64,000 nt of DNA. Origin: an uncultured Bacteroidota bacterium (GTDB lineage: Bacteria; Bacteroidota; Bacteroidia; Flavobacteriales; Flavobacteriaceae). How positions within the stretch are numbered: the stretch's first letter is position 1; the number at the start of each line of letters is the position of its first letter. This document shows positions 11,319 to 23,431 of the stretch, piece by piece. The translations under genes and the position numbers were made by a program. The notes below the pieces were generated by a model that was not told where the DNA came from, did no database searches, and saw nothing but the letters and a program-made list of their open reading frames with translations. Location of the stretch: assembly GCA_902510655.1 (NCBI GenBank), contig CABXBY010000001.1, positions 29,398 to 93,397 on the forward strand. Direction: 5' to 3'.

Positions 11319-11958
11319 AAATTTAATTAAGATTTCTAAAACAATTCCTGATAATGTTTTAATCGTAGCTGTAAGTAAAACTAAACCGATAAATTACATC
11401 AAATCAGCTTATGTTCACGGCCACCGTGATTTTGGTGAAAACAAAGTGCAGGAATTGGTAGAAAAACATGATTCTCTTCCAAAAGATATAAACTGGCACA
11501 TGATTGGTCATTTACAAAGAAACAAAGTTAAATACATAGCTTCATTCGTTAATCTAATCCACAGTGTTGATAGTTATAGATTACTTTTTGAAATAAACAA
11601 ACAAGGATTTAAAAATAATAGGGTTATTGATATTTTAGTACAAATTGACATATCTAATGATAATACAAAGTTTGGTTTTACTTATTCTGAATTTGATGAG
11701 TTAATTAAGTTAAATAAATTGAAAAGTTTAAAAAATATCAAATTAAAGGGAATGATGGGTATGGCCTCTTATACAACTGATTTGTCTTTAATTGAAAGAG
11801 AATTTAATGATCTTAATAAATATTTTAAAAAATATAAATTTAATTTAGAATTAGATGTCCTTTCAATGGGTATGAGCTCAGATTATGAAATAGCTATAAA
11901 ATATAATAGTAATATGATTAGATTAGGAAGCACTATTTTTGGAACTAGAATTAAATAA
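11305..11958 (+). CDS. yggS: YggS-family pyridoxal-phosphate homeostasis protein
   Basis: PLP-lysine context VAVSKTK, HMIGHLQRNK, and MGMSSDYEIAI. Confidence 0.85.
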   Translation: MEIVKNLIKISKTIPDNVLIVAVSKTKPINYIKSAYVHGHRDFGENKVQELVEKHDSLPKDINWHMIGHLQRNKVKYIASFVNLIHSVDSYRLLFEINKQGFKNNRVIDILVQIDISNDNTKFGFTYSEFDELIKLNKLKSLKNIKLKGMMGMASYTTDLSLIEREFNDLNKYFKKYKFNLELDVLSMGMSSDYEIAIKYNSNMIRLGSTIFGTRIK

Positions 11959-11967
11959 TTAGTAAAA

Positions 11968-13245
11968 TTGTATTCAATATTAGACGTAGAAACAACTGGT
12001 GGTAAATTTAATGAGGAAGGAATTACAGAAATTGCGATTTACAGGTTTGATGGGGAAAAAATAGTTGATCAATTTGTAAGTTTAATAAATCCTGAAATCC
12101 CTATTCAACCCTTTGTTCAGCAATTAACGGGCATAAATGATAAAATGCTGATTAATGCACCTAAATTTTTTCAAATTGCAAAAAGAATTTTAGAAATTAC
12201 TGAAAACTCTATTCTTGTAGCTCACAACTCTTCATTTGATTACAGAATGTTAAAAATTGAATTCGAAAGACTTGGATATCAATTCAATATTTCACAGCTA
12301 TGTACTGTAAAACTTTCAAAAAAATTAATTCCTGATTTAAAATCTTATAAACTTGGAAACTTAGTAAAAAACTTAGGAATACCTATTTCAAATAGACATA
12401 GAGCATCTGGTGATGCATTAGCAACTGTAGAATTATTTAAGCTACTTCTTTTAAAAGACAATGAAAAAATTATAGTAAATAGTTTAATAACAGAAACAAA
12501 ATCAAGTTCAAAAAATAAATGGCAAAAATTGATAAATAAATTGCCAAACGATGTAGGGATATACTATTTCCATGATCAAAATGGAAAAATAATATACATA
12601 GGAAAGAGCAACAACATAAAAAATAGAGTTAATCAGCATCTAACTGGAAAATCTAAAAAATCATTAAATATTCAATTAGAAGCTTTTGATATTACATTTG
12701 AAAGAACAGGTAGTGAATTAATTGCCCTATTGAAAGAAAATACTGAAATTAAGAAGCATAAACCAAAGTTTAATAAGCTTTTAAAAAAAATTATTAAAAA
12801 ATTCTGTTTAGAAATATGTGAAAACTTTGAAGGTGATAAATATTTAAGAATATGTCATTATGATGACACAATAAATTATTTAGAATGTTATTCATCATTA
12901 AAAACAGCTAATAATAGACTAGAGTTTTTTAAAAAAAAATATGAACTAAGTGACTCAATCAAAAAAAATAATATAAATATTAATCTATTGATAAAAGACT
13001 TAAGTTATAAATTCAAAAACATGTTACTAGTTGATAAAGGAAGAGACATTGATGAAAAAAGTGTTATTGTAGTAAAAAACAATAACTATATTGGATATGG
13101 GTTTTTTACTCTTAATCATCAAATCAGTAACTTTGATGTTTTAGATTCGTTGATAGTCAAAAATGAACATATTGAAAATTCTAAGGAGGTTATACTTAAA
13201 TATTTAAAAAAACATAAAATTGAAAAACTAATTAATTTTGATTGA
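11968..13245 (+). CDS. DnaQ-like 3'-5' exonuclease fused to a GIY-YIG nuclease domain
   Basis: ExoI ILDVETTG, ExoII AHNSSFD and ExoIII HRASGDA, followed by GIYYFHDQNGKIIYIGKSNNIKNRVNQH (GIY-YIG). TTG start. Confidence 0.75.
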   Translation: MYSILDVETTGGKFNEEGITEIAIYRFDGEKIVDQFVSLINPEIPIQPFVQQLTGINDKMLINAPKFFQIAKRILEITENSILVAHNSSFDYRMLKIEFERLGYQFNISQLCTVKLSKKLIPDLKSYKLGNLVKNLGIPISNRHRASGDALATVELFKLLLLKDNEKIIVNSLITETKSSSKNKWQKLINKLPNDVGIYYFHDQNGKIIYIGKSNNIKNRVNQHLTGKSKKSLNIQLEAFDITFERTGSELIALLKENTEIKKHKPKFNKLLKKIIKKFCLEICENFEGDKYLRICHYDDTINYLECYSSLKTANNRLEFFKKKYELSDSIKKNNININLLIKDLSYKFKNMLLVDKGRDIDEKSVIVVKNNNYIGYGFFTLNHQISNFDVLDSLIVKNEHIENSKEVILKYLKKHKIEKLINFD

Positions 13246-14164
13246 TAATAAGCTAAATAAAAAATTAATTACTATCTCTGGCCCTACTGCTTCTGGAAAA
13301 TCAAAATTAAGTTTAGATCTTGCTTTAAAACTAAATTGTTCAATAATTTCCTCAGATTCAAGACAGTTTTATAAGGAGATGAAAATCGGAACCGCAGTAC
13401 CTTCAAAAATTGAATTATCTAAAGTAAAACATTACTGTATTCAACATAAATCTGTAATAAATAATTACACTGTAAACGATTTTCAAATTGAAGCGTTAGA
13501 AATTATAAAACATGAATTAAAAATTAATGATCATATTATAATGGTTGGTGGTTCGGGTATGTACATGGACGCAGTAACTCACGGGATGGATACATTTCCC
13601 AATATTAGTTCTGAAGTTAGCAAAATAGTTAACTCAAATTACAAACTTTTAGGAATTAAATATTTACATGAAAAATTAAGTGAATTAGATCCTGAATATC
13701 TATTAACTGTAGATATTAATAATCATAGAAGGTTGATTAGAGCCCTTGAAGTATCATTGAGTTCAAACAAACCATATTCATCCTATCTTGGAAATAAAAA
13801 AATAAATCACAATTTTCAAATAATTAATACTGCAATTAAAATCGATCGAGCTACTCTTTATGAAAGAATTAATAATCGAGTTGATGAAATGATAAATAAA
13901 GGTCTTTTAAAAGAGGTTAAAGGTTTATTAAAATATAAAGATTTACGTAGCCTAAATACAGTTGGTTACAAAGAGTTATTTCTTTTTCTTGAAAATAAAA
14001 TTTCCCTAGAAATTGCAATTAATGAAATTAAAAAAAACTCGAGAAGATATGCTAAGAGACAAATGACTTGGTTAAGAAAAAAAAAGGATATTATATGGAT
14101 TGAAAATAATATAAATTCCGATGATTTATTAAAAATTATACATCAAAGTAATTTAAAATATTAG
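13238..14164 (+). CDS. miaA: tRNA dimethylallyltransferase
   Basis: P-loop GPTASGKS, then [14 protein letters not shown] and YAKRQMTW. Confidence 0.9.
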   Translation: MIDNKLNKKLITISGPTASGKSKLSLDLALKLNCSIISSDSRQFYKEMKIGTAVPSKIELSKVKHYCIQHKSVINNYTVNDFQIEALEIIKHELKINDHIIMVGGSGMYMDAVTHGMDTFPNISSEVSKIVNSNYKLLGIKYLHEKLSELDPEYLLTVDINNHRRLIRALEVSLSSNKPYSSYLGNKKINHNFQIINTAIKIDRATLYERINNRVDEMINKGLLKEVKGLLKYKDLRSLNTVGYKELFLFLENKISLEIAINEIKKNSRRYAKRQMTWLRKKKDIIWIENNINSDDLLKIIHQSNLKY

Positions 14165-15083
14165 TTTCAATTCTTTTATCTAGTCCATTCAGTTCTTCTT
14201 TAACAAATTCTAAACCAGTTATTTTTTCATATAATTCTATATATCTATCTGACACCCCTTTTATGTAATCTTTAGACATTTCTGGAATTATTTGATTTTC
14301 TTTTCCTTGAAATCCATTGGAAATCAACCATTGTCTTACAAATTCTTTAGATAATTGTTTTTGTGGGAGTTTAGAATTTTGTAAATCTAAATAACTATCT
14401 AAATAAAAATACCTTGATGAATCGGGGGTGTGAATCTCATCAATTAAAATAATTTGACCGCTTTTATTTTTTCCAAATTCATATTTTGTGTCAACAAGTA
14501 TTAAACCTTGATTTTTAGCTATTCTAGATCCTTCTTTAAATAACTTTAACGAAAAATCTTCCAGTTTTAAATAATCCTCCTCATTTACAATATTATTCAA
14601 AAGTATTTCTTCTCTTGAAATATCTTCATCATGAGATCCATTATCCGCTTTAGTGGTAGGTGTTAAAATTGGATTTACAAATTTGTCATTTTCAAACATG
14701 CCGTCAGGCATATCAACTCCACATATTTTTCTTTCACCAGATTTATAAAGTCTTGCAGCATGGCCTGACAAATATCCTCTAACAACCATTTCAACTTTAA
14801 AAGGTTCGCATGCTTGTCCAATCGAAACGTTTGGATCTGGAGAAGAAATAAGCCAATTTGGAACTATGTGGGATGTAGCATCAAGCATTTTACAAGCAAT
14901 TTGATTTAAAATTTGACCCTTGTAAGGAATTCCTTTAGGAAGAACAACGTCAAATGCAGATAATCTGTCTGTTGATATCATTACTAAAACATCATTTTTA
15001 AATTTATAAACTTCCCTAACTTTTCCAGAATACTTAGAAAGCTGATTTGGAAAATTAAAATTTGTTTCAGTTAATGTGTTCAT
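14136..15083 (-). CDS. purC: Phosphoribosylaminoimidazole-succinocarboxamide (SAICAR) synthase
   Basis: 315 aa. [17 protein letters not shown] and [11 protein letters not shown]. Confidence 0.9.
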   Translation of the reverse strand: MNTLTETNFNFPNQLSKYSGKVREVYKFKNDVLVMISTDRLSAFDVVLPKGIPYKGQILNQIACKMLDATSHIVPNWLISSPDPNVSIGQACEPFKVEMVVRGYLSGHAARLYKSGERKICGVDMPDGMFENDKFVNPILTPTTKADNGSHDEDISREEILLNNIVNEEDYLKLEDFSLKLFKEGSRIAKNQGLILVDTKYEFGKNKSGQIILIDEIHTPDSSRYFYLDSYLDLQNSKLPQKQLSKEFVRQWLISNGFQGKENQIIPEMSKDYIKGVSDRYIELYEKITGLEFVKEELNGLDKRIETNILNYFDV

Positions 15084-15088
15084 ATTAA

Positions 15089-16039
15089 TTAATTAGAGTG
15101 TTCAGTATTTTTATAGGCTTCTATAATTCTTTTAACAACTTGATGTCTAATTACATCAGAATCATCGAGATATATCATTTTTATACCCTCAATATTTTTA
15201 AGGACTAAGTTAGCTTCTTTTAAACCTGACATTACTCTTCTTGGTAAATCAATTTGACCCGGATCTCCGTTAATCATAAACTTAGCATTAACCCCCATTC
15301 TTGTTAAAAACATTTTCATTTGATTATGAGTAGTGTTTTGGCCTTCGTCAAGAATAACAAAAGCATTGTCAAGAGTTCTTCCTCTCATATAAGCCAATGG
15401 TGCTATTTCTATAACTCCCCTTTTCAAATAATCATCAAGTTTATCTGTGTCAATCATTTCTTTAAGAGCATCATATAAAGGTTGCATATATGGGTCTAAT
15501 TTATCTTTCATGTCACCAGGCAAAAAACCAAGGCTCTCACCTGCTTCAACTGCTGGTCTAGTTAAAATAATTTTTTTTACAATTTTATCCTTTAAAGCCT
15601 TGACAGCTACTGCAATTCCAGTATAGGTTTTCCCCGTTCCTGCAGGACCAATTGCAAAAACCATATCATTATTAATAAATGCATCAACAATTTTAATTTG
15701 ATTTATTGTATGAGCTTTAATTCTTTTCTTACCAACCCCATGTAATATTAACTTTCCTCTAAGTGAACTAATTAGTTTTTCACCTTGACCAGACATTATC
15801 GAAGTAATAGTTTTATCATTGATACTATCGTTATCTTTCATAATCATGATCAATGAATCTAATCTTATTCTTAACTGAATTATTAAAGCCTCGTCTCCAT
15901 TAGCGACAATTCTATCCCCTTTTATAATAATTTTAATTGAGGGAAAATTATTTTTAATAATTTTTACAACATCAAAATTTTTTTTATCAAAAAACTCTAC
16001 AGGATGAATGTCTTTTATAAAATATTCTAGTTTTTTCAA
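15089..16039 (-). CDS. phoH: PhoH-family ATPase
   Basis: Walker [10 protein letters not shown], Walker [10 protein letters not shown], and [10 protein letters not shown]. Confidence 0.9.
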   Translation of the reverse strand: MKKLEYFIKDIHPVEFFDKKNFDVVKIIKNNFPSIKIIIKGDRIVANGDEALIIQLRIRLDSLIMIMKDNDSINDKTITSIMSGQGEKLISSLRGKLILHGVGKKRIKAHTINQIKIVDAFINNDMVFAIGPAGTGKTYTGIAVAVKALKDKIVKKIILTRPAVEAGESLGFLPGDMKDKLDPYMQPLYDALKEMIDTDKLDDYLKRGVIEIAPLAYMRGRTLDNAFVILDEGQNTTHNQMKMFLTRMGVNAKFMINGDPGQIDLPRRVMSGLKEANLVLKNIEGIKMIYLDDSDVIRHQVVKRIIEAYKNTEHSN

Positions 16040-16115
16040 ATTACTTATGTTTTATTAAAGGCATATTGTAAATTTATATAATTTTTAGCCTTAAATATTA
16101 TTTTATTATCATTAA

Positions 16116-16946
16116 ATGAGTGTTATAACTTTAACAACAGATTTTGGAACTAAAGATCATTATGTTGGCTCTGTAAAAGGTGCTTTATTTAATGAATTAG
16201 AAAACGTAAATATCGTTGATGTTTCTCACAATATATCTCCATTTAATATAGTAGAGGCAGCTTATATTATTGAAAACAGTTATAAAAATTTTCCTGAGGG
16301 TTCTATTCACATCATTGGAGTTGATTCTGAAAAAACAATAGAACAAAGTCATTTGGTAATAAAGTTAGATAATCATTTTTTTATTTGTGCTAACAATGGA
16401 ATTATGTCTTTACTTGCATCAAAAATAAATCCTGAAAAAATTATTGAGATTAATATTCATAACGATAAGATTACTACATTCTCAGTGATTGATGTTTTTG
16501 TGAAAATCGCAGCACATATATACAGAGGCGGTTCAATAGATTTAGTTGGAAATCAAATCTATGAATTAAAAGAATTATATAATTTAAACCCTATTTTAAA
16601 TGAAAAATCTAACGAAATTTCAGGAAATGTAATATATGTAGATAATTACGATAATGTAGTTACAAATATTTCTAAAAAAATTTTTATTGAGTTTGGCAAA
16701 TCAAGATCTTTTGAAATTAATGCTAGAAATTACATATTTAAAGAAATTGTTGGGTCATATGGAAATGCTATAAGATTCGATATTAAAAAAGAAAATAGGA
16801 AAGAAATTGGTAAGAAAATAGCACTTTTTAATAAATCTAATTACCTGGAATTATCTATATACAAAAGTAATCCTCAAACTTTTGGAGGTGCAGCTAGCTT
16901 ATTTGGACTAAATTACAGAGATGTCATAACTATAAAATTTAATTAA
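16116..16946 (+). CDS. S-adenosyl-L-methionine hydrolase (adenosine-forming; SAM hydroxide adenosyltransferase family)
   Basis: The N-terminus ITLTTDFGTKDHYVGSVKG is typical of the chlorinase/fluorinase-related DUF62 family. Confidence 0.75.
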   Translation: MSVITLTTDFGTKDHYVGSVKGALFNELENVNIVDVSHNISPFNIVEAAYIIENSYKNFPEGSIHIIGVDSEKTIEQSHLVIKLDNHFFICANNGIMSLLASKINPEKIIEINIHNDKITTFSVIDVFVKIAAHIYRGGSIDLVGNQIYELKELYNLNPILNEKSNEISGNVIYVDNYDNVVTNISKKIFIEFGKSRSFEINARNYIFKEIVGSYGNAIRFDIKKENRKEIGKKIALFNKSNYLELSIYKSNPQTFGGAASLFGLNYRDVITIKFN

Positions 16947-17015
16947 CCAGTGTTAATAAATATGTTTTATTTTAACAATAGTTTCTAATATATTTATTGA
17001 ATATTAATATACTTT

Positions 17016-18134
17016 ATGAAATTTATAGCATCAAGCTCATTATTACTAAAAAACATTCAGATTTTAGGTGGTATTTTAAATACTAATAATACTCTGCCTA
17101 TTTTAGATTATTTTTTATTTGATATTTCTGAATCTGTACTAAAAATAACTGCTTCAGATTTAGAAACCACTCTTAGTGCCGAAATTAAAATTGAATCCGA
17201 AGATAATGGTTCAATAGCTGTTCCAGCTAAGTTGTTAATAGATACTTTAAAAACATTTCCAGAACAGCCACTTACATTTAATGTTTTAGAGAACAATACA
17301 ATAGAAATAAGTTCAAATCATGGGAAATACGCTTTAGCTTATGCTAAAGGAGAAGAATTTCCGAAAACATTGCCTATAACAGATCCTAATAACTCTTCTA
17401 TTTCTTCGAAGGTTTTATATGAAGCTATAAACACTACTATTTTTGCTTCCGGAAATGATGATTTAAGGCCAGTTATGAGTGGGGTCTTTTTTCAATTTTC
17501 GAGTGAAAACTCAACTTTTGTAGCAACAGATGCTCATAAATTAGTAAGATATGTAAGAACTGATTATAAATCTGATAAACTTGTTGAGTTTATAATGCCA
17601 AAAAAGCCTTTAAATATTTTAAAAGGCATTTTAGCCACAAATGAATTTGAAGTGAAAATTGAATTTAATGAAAGTAATGCAAAATTTACTTTCTCAAATT
17701 TATCTTTGACCTGTAGATTAATTGACGGAAAGTATCCAAACTATGAAGCTGTAATTCCGAAAGAAAATCCAAACGTTTTAACTATTGATAGATCATTATT
17801 TTTAAACTCTACTAAAAGAGTAAGTATTTTTTCTAATAAAACAACACACCAAGTAAGACTTAAAATAACTGGAAATGAACTTATTATTTCTGCTGAAGAT
17901 TTAGATTATAGTAATAAAGCTGAGGAAAGATTAATTTGTAACTATAATGGTGATGATATGCAAATTGGTTTTAATTCAAGGTTTTTAACTGAAATGTTAT
18001 CCAACTTAAATTCTGATGAGGTTAAATTAGAATTATCTCTTCCAAATAGAGCAGGAATTCTTACACCAATAAATTCTGGTTCAGATGCTGAAAAAATTAC
18101 TATGCTTGTTATGCCAGTTATGCTAAATAACTAA
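17016..18134 (+). CDS. dnaN: DNA polymerase III beta sliding clamp
   Basis: 372 aa with three-domain length. [33 protein letters not shown] and MLVMPVML. Confidence 0.95.
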   Translation: MKFIASSSLLLKNIQILGGILNTNNTLPILDYFLFDISESVLKITASDLETTLSAEIKIESEDNGSIAVPAKLLIDTLKTFPEQPLTFNVLENNTIEISSNHGKYALAYAKGEEFPKTLPITDPNNSSISSKVLYEAINTTIFASGNDDLRPVMSGVFFQFSSENSTFVATDAHKLVRYVRTDYKSDKLVEFIMPKKPLNILKGILATNEFEVKIEFNESNAKFTFSNLSLTCRLIDGKYPNYEAVIPKENPNVLTIDRSLFLNSTKRVSIFSNKTTHQVRLKITGNELIISAEDLDYSNKAEERLICNYNGDDMQIGFNSRFLTEMLSNLNSDEVKLELSLPNRAGILTPINSGSDAEKITMLVMPVMLNN

Positions 18135-19711
18135 AGATAATAATCTGTTCTAATGAAATGTGATTTTTTAGAATCAATCATTTCTCTTAAAATTCCTTTA
18201 TTTAATTCATTGTCTTTTGAAGCAACAAATGTTCTTATTGAGAATGATCTAAGTGCATCGTGTACACTTAATGTAGCTACCGCAGAATCTTTTCTTCCAG
18301 TAAATGGATAAATATCTGGTCCCCTTTGACAAGCACTATTTAAGTTAACTCTACAAACTAAATTTACCATAGAATCAATTATTGGACCTAATGTGTCAAC
18401 ATCTTTTCCGAAAATACTAACTTGCTGACCATAATTAGAGGCAGACATATCTTTAATAGGAGTTGAAATTTCAGAAAATGAAATTACCGGAATTACAGGA
18501 CCAAACTGTTCTTCTTTATAAACATTCATATCCTTAGTTACTGGATATAAAACAGCTGGAAAGACAAAATTCTTTTGTTTATTCCCACCTTTGTTATTTA
18601 ATATTTTTGCACCTTTATCAATAGCATCATCAATTAAATCAGAAATATATTTAGGCTTAGCCGGCTCAGGCAAAGGAGTTAATAATGTGTTTTCCCATGG
18701 AAGCCCTAGCTTTAACTCATCAACAGCTTTGACAAATTTAGATAAGAACTCATCTTTAATTTCTTCATGAACGTATAATATTTTAAGAGCTGTACATCTT
18801 TGGCCATTAAACGATAATGTTCCTGAAATACATTCTTTAACAGTTAAGTCAATATCTGCATCTTTTAAAATTATTCCTGGATTTTTTGCTTCTAAACCTA
18901 AAACTAATCTTAATCTATTTTTTTGAGGATGTAAATCTTGGAGGGATATAGCTGATGAACTGTGGCCAATTAAGGCTAATACGTCAACTTTACCGCTTTT
19001 CATAATTGGAGTGGCTATCTCCCTTCCTCTTCCAAAAACTATATTTACAACACCAGCTGGAAAAGATTCTTTAAAAGCATCTAATAATGGTGCAATTAAT
19101 AAAACCCCATGTTTTGCTGGTTTAAATATTGTTGTATTTCCCATTATAATGGCAGGTATCAGTAATGCAAAAGTTTCATTTAAAGGGTAGTTATATGGAC
19201 CTAAACATAATACTACACCAAGTGGACCTCGTCTAATTAAAGCTCTTACACCTGATTTATTTTGAAAAGTAGCTCCCTTTCTGTCAATTCTTTTATACTC
19301 AAGAATTGTATCATTTATGTATTCTACTGTTCTATCAAATTCTTTTCTTGAATCATTTAAATTCTTTCCAATTTCCCACATTAAAAGTTTAACAATCTCT
19401 TCTCTTTTAGTTTTCATTTTTTCTACAAAAGATTCCATGCACTGAATCCTTTCATAAACCTTCATAGTAGGCCAAACACCTTGTCCATAATTAAACGCAG
19501 TGTGAGCAGCATCTAATGCTTTTAAAGCATAATCCCCTGACATTTCTGGCGTATTTCCAATAAGTAATGGCTGGTCATCATTATTACTACAAAGTAATGT
19601 AGAATAAACTTGGGTTTGTTTTCCATCCCAATTGCTTATTTGTCCATTAATCAAATATTCATTATGATTAATTACATTATTAATTTGATATTCTTTTGGA
19701 ACCGTATTCAT
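18131..19711 (-). CDS. NAD(P)-dependent aldehyde dehydrogenase family protein (GapN-like)
   Basis: LGLEAKNPG (general-base Glu region) and catalytic Cys in [10 protein letters not shown]. 526 aa. Lies 15 nt downstream of ilvC on the same strand. Confidence 0.75.
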   Translation of the reverse strand: MNTVPKEYQINNVINHNEYLINGQISNWDGKQTQVYSTLLCSNNDDQPLLIGNTPEMSGDYALKALDAAHTAFNYGQGVWPTMKVYERIQCMESFVEKMKTKREEIVKLLMWEIGKNLNDSRKEFDRTVEYINDTILEYKRIDRKGATFQNKSGVRALIRRGPLGVVLCLGPYNYPLNETFALLIPAIIMGNTTIFKPAKHGVLLIAPLLDAFKESFPAGVVNIVFGRGREIATPIMKSGKVDVLALIGHSSSAISLQDLHPQKNRLRLVLGLEAKNPGIILKDADIDLTVKECISGTLSFNGQRCTALKILYVHEEIKDEFLSKFVKAVDELKLGLPWENTLLTPLPEPAKPKYISDLIDDAIDKGAKILNNKGGNKQKNFVFPAVLYPVTKDMNVYKEEQFGPVIPVISFSEISTPIKDMSASNYGQQVSIFGKDVDTLGPIIDSMVNLVCRVNLNSACQRGPDIYPFTGRKDSAVATLSVHDALRSFSIRTFVASKDNELNKGILREMIDSKKSHFIRTDYYL

Positions 19712-19725
19712 AGTTTTAATTTTAA

Positions 19726-21195
19726 TTAAACAATTGTTTTCATTGAAGTCATCGACGTTCGTAACTTTTTTCCTATAACTTCGACAGGATGAGATCTAAT
19801 AATTTCATTGACTTTAATTAATTCTGTGTTATCAATTTGTTCTGAATGAACAAAAGGCTTTCCAATGTGTTTTGATTCAATTGTATTGAAAAATTCATTT
19901 AATAACGGTTTACATGCATGATCAAACAAATAACAACCATATTCAGCTGTATCGGATATAATTCTGTTCATTTCAAATAATTTTTTCTTTGCTATTAGAT
20001 TAGCAATAAGGGGAGTTTCGTGTAAGGATTCATAGTAAGCAGATTCATCAATAATGCCCGAACTTGTCATTGTTTCAAATGCTAATTCTACACCTGACCT
20101 TATAAAAGCTACCATTAATAATCCATTGTCAAAAAACTCTTGTTCAGAAATTTCACCTTCACATGGTAAAGTTTTTTCAAATGCAGTTTTCCCAGTTTCA
20201 GCTCTCCAATTTAGCAAGTTTACATCGTCATTACTCCAGTCTTTCATCATTGTTGAGGAAAAATGTCCTGACATAATATCATCCATATGTTTGTTAAAAA
20301 GTGGTCTCATTATGTCTTTTAAATTCTCTGAAAGATTAAAAGCTTCAATTTTAGCAGAATTATTTAATCTATCCATCATGTTCGTAATTCCACCATGCTT
20401 TAATGCCTCAGTAATAGTTTCCCATCCATATTGAATTAATTTGGAGGCATATGCTGGGTCAATTCCGTTTTGCACCATTTTATTAAACGATAAGATGGAG
20501 CCTGTTTGTAAAACTCCACATAAAATAGTCTGTTCTCCCATTAAATCTGATTTAACTTCAGCGACAAATGACGACTCCAACACTCCTGCTCTATTGCCAC
20601 CAGTAGCCACTGCATAGGCTTTAGCAACTTCCATACCAATATTTTGAGGATCATTTTCAGGATGAACAGCTATTAATGTAGGAACACCAAAACCTCTTTT
20701 ATATTCTTCTCTAACTTCACTTCCTGGACATTTAGGAGCAACCATAATTACTGTGATATCCTTTCTAATCTCCATTCCCTCTTCAACTATATTAAAACCA
20801 TGTGAATAAGATAAGATTGAATTTTTTTTCATTAAAGGCATCAAACTTGTTACTACACTGGTGTGATTTTTATCTGGTGTTAAGTTTAAAATCATATCCG
20901 ATTTTGGTATCAATTCTTCTAAAGCTCCTACTACAAAATCATTTGATGTTGCGTTTATATAAGAATCTCGTTTCTCTGAAATTGCTTCCTTTCTTAATGC
21001 ATAAGAGATATCAAGACCAGAATCCCTCATGTTAAGGCCTTGATTCAAGCCTTGTGCACCACAACCTATAATAACAATTTTTTTACCAAGAAGTGCAGAA
21101 ACTCCTTCTGAAAACTCAGAGGAGTCCATGAATCTGCATTTGCCCAATTGATCAATTTTTTGACTTAGCGATAATTGATTAAAATAATTTTTCAT
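19726..21195 (-). CDS. ilvC: Ketol-acid reductoisomerase (long, class II form)
   Basis: 489 aa. [19 protein letters not shown], and a duplicated knot domain inferred from the length. Confidence 0.9.
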   Translation of the reverse strand: MKNYFNQLSLSQKIDQLGKCRFMDSSEFSEGVSALLGKKIVIIGCGAQGLNQGLNMRDSGLDISYALRKEAISEKRDSYINATSNDFVVGALEELIPKSDMILNLTPDKNHTSVVTSLMPLMKKNSILSYSHGFNIVEEGMEIRKDITVIMVAPKCPGSEVREEYKRGFGVPTLIAVHPENDPQNIGMEVAKAYAVATGGNRAGVLESSFVAEVKSDLMGEQTILCGVLQTGSILSFNKMVQNGIDPAYASKLIQYGWETITEALKHGGITNMMDRLNNSAKIEAFNLSENLKDIMRPLFNKHMDDIMSGHFSSTMMKDWSNDDVNLLNWRAETGKTAFEKTLPCEGEISEQEFFDNGLLMVAFIRSGVELAFETMTSSGIIDESAYYESLHETPLIANLIAKKKLFEMNRIISDTAEYGCYLFDHACKPLLNEFFNTIESKHIGKPFVHSEQIDNTELIKVNEIIRSHPVEVIGKKLRTSMTSMKTIV

Positions 21196-21198
21196 AAT

Positions 21199-21732
21199 TT
21201 ATTTATCTGTGTTTAATCCAAGTAAATTGGAAATATTCATTGGTTCTTTAGAAACCGAAATTCTACCTGATCTTACAAATTGTAACAACCCGTAAGGTTC
21301 CAATTCTTTATATAATTTCTCTGTGTCATCTCTCCAACCGGTTTTTTCTATGACAAAATAATTTGGTGAAACTGTTACAATATTAGCCTGACTATTTTTA
21401 ATAATCTTTTGAATATGCTTTTCATCAAATAGTGATTTAGACTTGACTTTGTAAAGAGCTGTTTCTAGAAATATAGTTTGATCATCAGTATGATAAAAAG
21501 AAGCTATTACTTCAATTTGTTTTTCTATCTGTTTAATAATCCTTTGTATTGAAAATTCAGTTGATTTAACTACAATAACAAATCTGAATATATTATCTAT
21601 TTCGGAGGGCGATGTTGTAAGACTTTCGATATTTATATGACGTTTTAAGAATATTGCAGAAATTCTGTTTAATAAACCTATGTTATTTTCAGTGTATATT
21701 GATACGGTATATGTATTTTTTAAATCTTTCAT
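21199..21732 (-). CDS. ilvN: Acetolactate synthase small (regulatory) subunit
   Basis: ACT-domain N-terminus VSIYTENNIGLLNRISAIFLKRHINIESL. Sits between ilvB and ilvC. Confidence 0.85.
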   Translation of the reverse strand: MKDLKNTYTVSIYTENNIGLLNRISAIFLKRHINIESLTTSPSEIDNIFRFVIVVKSTEFSIQRIIKQIEKQIEVIASFYHTDDQTIFLETALYKVKSKSLFDEKHIQKIIKNSQANIVTVSPNYFVIEKTGWRDDTEKLYKELEPYGLLQFVRSGRISVSKEPMNISNLLGLNTDK

Positions 21733-21733
21733 A

Positions 21734-23431
21734 TTATTCTAATCTAATATCTGAAACTGAAGCACCTGTAGGAATCATTGGAAATACGTTGTCCTCTTTT
21801 TCAACAGAAACTTCTAAAAAATAAGGTTTATTAGATTTTATCATTCTATTCACAGCACCTTTCAAATTTTTTCTTTCACTTACCTTTTCAGCTTCTAAAT
21901 AATATCCTTTAGCTATAGTTACAAAATCAGGATTTACAAGCTCAGTTGAGGCATACCTTTTATCAAAAAACATTTGTTGCCATTGTCTGACCATCCCTAA
22001 AAAATTATTATTTAAAACAACAATTTTAACTGCACTACCAGTTTGAAAAATTGTTCCTAATTCTTGAATGGTCATTTGATATCCGCCATCACCAATAACA
22101 GCAACAACTTCTCTTTCAGGCGCTCCCATTTTGGCTCCAAGAGCAGCAGGAAGAGCAAAACCCATGGTACCTAATCCACCAGAAGTAATATTTGATTTAG
22201 ATTTATTGAATTTAGCATACCTGCAAGTAACCATTTGGTGCTGACCTACATCAGTTACAATAATTGCATCTCCATTAGTCGAATTGTTAATCTCTTTAAT
22301 AACCTCAGCCATAGTTAACCCATTCTTTGTTGGATTAATTTCGTTATTTATAACTTTTTTATATTCAATTTCATAATGAAACGAAAATTTTTCTAACCAA
22401 CTTTTATGAGAACTTTTATTAACCATTGATGTTAATAAAGGAATAGTTTCTTTAATGTTTCCTAAGACTGCAATATCACACTCAACATTCTTATTAATTT
22501 CTGCAGGGTCAATTTCCATATGAATAACCTTAGCTTGCTTGGCATAGGTTTCTAAATTTCCTGTAACACGATCATCAAAACGCATTCCTATAGCAATTAA
22601 TAAATCACATTCGTTAGTTAAAACGTTAGGCCCATAATTTCCGTGCATTCCAACCATTCCTACATTTAAATAATGTTCAGTTGGTAAGGCAGATAACCCT
22701 AGTATAGTCCAAGCAGATGGTATTCCTGTTTTCTCGATAAAATCCTTAAATTCATTTTCAGCTTCACCCAAAATAACACCTTGTCCAAAAACTATAAATG
22801 GTTTTTTTGATTCATTAATTAAATGACTAGCTTTTTTAATTTGATCAATTGAATAATCAGGAACTGGCTTATAACTTCTTACAGATAAACATTTATTATA
22901 CTGAAAATTCATTAATTCAAATTGAGCATCTTTTGTAATGTCTATTAAAACAGGACCTGGTCTTCCAGATCTAGCAATATAAAATGCTTTAGCCAAAATT
23001 TCTGGAATATCTTTAGCTTGAGTTATTTGACAATTCCATTTTGTAACAGGTGTAGATATACCAATTATATCAGTTTCTTGAAAAGCATCAGAACCAAGTA
23101 AATGTGATGCAACTTGACCAGTTATACAAACCATTGCAGTTGAATCTATTTGAGCATCTGCAATTCCTGTGACTAAATTAGTGGCTCCAGGACCGGATGT
23201 TGCCATTACTACACCTACTTTTCCAGAAACTCTTGAAAAGCCTTGAGCAGCATGTGTAGCTCCTTGTTCATGTCTAGTTAAAACGTGATTTAATTTATCT
23301 TGAAACTTATACAACTCATCGTATATGGGCATAATTGCTCCTCCAGGATAACCGTATATTAAATCAACACCTTCTTCGATTAGTGACCTTATGACTGCCT
23401 CTGCACCTGATATTTTATTATTATTACTCAT
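21734..23431 (-). CDS. ilvB: Acetolactate synthase large subunit
   Basis: SGAEAVIRSL, GYPGGAIMPIYD, and the ThDP motif IGDGGYQM...NN. Confidence 0.9.
   Translation of the reverse strand: MSNNNKISGAEAVIRSLIEEGVDLIYGYPGGAIMPIYDELYKFQDKLNHVLTRHEQGATHAAQGFSRVSGKVGVVMATSGPGATNLVTGIADAQIDSTAMVCITGQVASHLLGSDAFQETDIIGISTPVTKWNCQITQAKDIPEILAKAFYIARSGRPGPVLIDITKDAQFELMNFQYNKCLSVRSYKPVPDYSIDQIKKASHLINESKKPFIVFGQGVILGEAENEFKDFIEKTGIPSAWTILGLSALPTEHYLNVGMVGMHGNYGPNVLTNECDLLIAIGMRFDDRVTGNLETYAKQAKVIHMEIDPAEINKNVECDIAVLGNIKETIPLLTSMVNKSSHKSWLEKFSFHYEIEYKKVINNEINPTKNGLTMAEVIKEINNSTNGDAIIVTDVGQHQMVTCRYAKFNKSKSNITSGGLGTMGFALPAALGAKMGAPEREVVAVIGDGGYQMTIQELGTIFQTGSAVKIVVLNNNFLGMVRQWQQMFFDKRYASTELVNPDFVTIAKGYYLEAEKVSERKNLKGAVNRMIKSNKPYFLEVSVEKEDNVFPMIPTGASVSDIRLE

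Noticed and set aside
16947-17015. oriC or DnaA boxes upstream of dnaN
   Set aside because: No TTATCCACA-like box was seen in the 69-nt spacer, and dnaA is not adjacent.
20054-20434. 126-aa ORF (and 20802-21035) antisense to ilvC
   Set aside because: They are nested in a gene with unambiguous ketol-acid reductoisomerase motifs, and no independent signal supports them.
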